Origin: Candidatus Multivoradales bacterium
GTDB taxonomy: Bacteria > Acidobacteriota > Thermoanaerobaculia > Multivoradales > J023
Assembly: GCA_965248925.1 (NCBI GenBank)
Contig: CBDFLE010000002.1
Span: forward strand, 1 to 41,481
Length of the DNA stretch: 41,481 nt
Direction: 5' to 3'
Below the pieces are notes generated by a model. It was not told the DNA's origin. It saw nothing but the letters and a program-made list of their open reading frames with translations, and searched no databases. The position numbers and the translations under genes are program-made. Below are positions 41,165-41,481 of the stretch, in pieces. How positions within the stretch are numbered: position 1 is the first letter of the stretch; every line of letters starts with the position of its first letter.

Positions 41165-41481
41165 GCCCGAAGAGAATCCGCGAAAGTCCGCTGAAGGTCA
41201 AGTCCGACTATCGCCTCCCATCAACGAGCTCGGCGATCGGATCCTCGTTCCTGGCGAGCCTGAGGCGCTCGAGAAACTCTACCAGCTCAGAAAAACACGC
41301 GGCTCCGCACAAGCTCGGTGCCGGGTTCGAGCTCACCTCGAGGCAGACCTCCCGGCGTTGGTTGCGCGCTGCTCGCCGGCGGAGCTCAGCGGGCTCACCA
41401 ACCTCATCGTGTCACTGTGCGAGGTGACCGCACAGGACTTCGCCGGCTGGGTCATCGCGACGGCGAAGAAGTCGGTCGAGG
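41163..41481 (+). CDS. ORF running off the right end; continues to TGA 143-145 if circularised (151 aa)
   Basis: No stop from 41163 to 41481. After the 8-nt overlap the frame stays open and ends overlapping the ATG at 132. Confidence 0.45.
   Translation, partial: MPEENPRKSAEGQVRLSPPINELGDRILVPGEPEALEKLYQLRKTRGSAQARCRVRAHLEADLPALVARCSPAELSGLTNLIVSLCEVTAQDFAGWVIATAKKSVE
41173..41201 (-). promoter_or_regulatory. Putative leaderless promoter of the XRE gene containing a GCGGAC-TTTC-GCGGAT repeat
   Basis: TTGACC (41201-41196), N17, GATTCT (41178-41173), 8 nt to the ATG. Repeat at 41191-41176. Confidence 0.5.

Larger units (their letters stand above)
1..41481. mobile_element. Tailed dsDNA bacteriophage genome (siphovirus-like), probably complete and circular
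   Basis: Complete ordered head-neck-tail module, replication module and repressor. No host housekeeping genes. 41474-41481 GGTCGAGG equals 1-8. Confidence 0.93.

Overview
The whole window reads as a high-GC tailed bacteriophage genome with siphovirus organisation, and it is probably complete and circular: the last 8 nt repeat the first 8 nt and an ORF reads through the join. Modules in order: (1) recombination/replication operon, 132-7804 (+): Sak4/AAA_24-like ATPase, DUF669-like SSB, RecD2-like helicase, PolB-type 3'-5' exonuclease, ERCC4 nuclease, AEP primase-helicase. (2) Five-gene ATGA-coupled minus-strand cassette with a beta-propeller and a BppU-like protein, 7879-10076. (3) Non-coding control region, 10077-10792, with convergent GGTGTAGG iterons, inverted repeats and phased A-tracts (candidate origin). 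(4) TerS-like HTH gene, then about 8 kb of accessory genes, many with their own terminator and TAnnnT box; these include a lipoprotein beta-propeller, an AT-richer beta-helix protein and holin-like peptides. (5) TerL, portal-MuF fusion, HK97-type protease and capsid, neck, tail tube, chaperone with a -1 frameshift, tape measure, Dit, hub and paralogous minor tail proteins. (6) Minus-strand cassette of XRE repressor, apparently catalytically dead PD-(D/E)XK Fe-S protein and a membrane peptide. A GCGGAC-N4-GCGGAC direct repeat recurs at promoter-like positions across the genome. I could not recognise an integrase, ParA, endolysin, DNA polymerase, reverse transcriptase, tRNA or CRISPR array. All family calls come from motifs recognised by eye, not from database searches.
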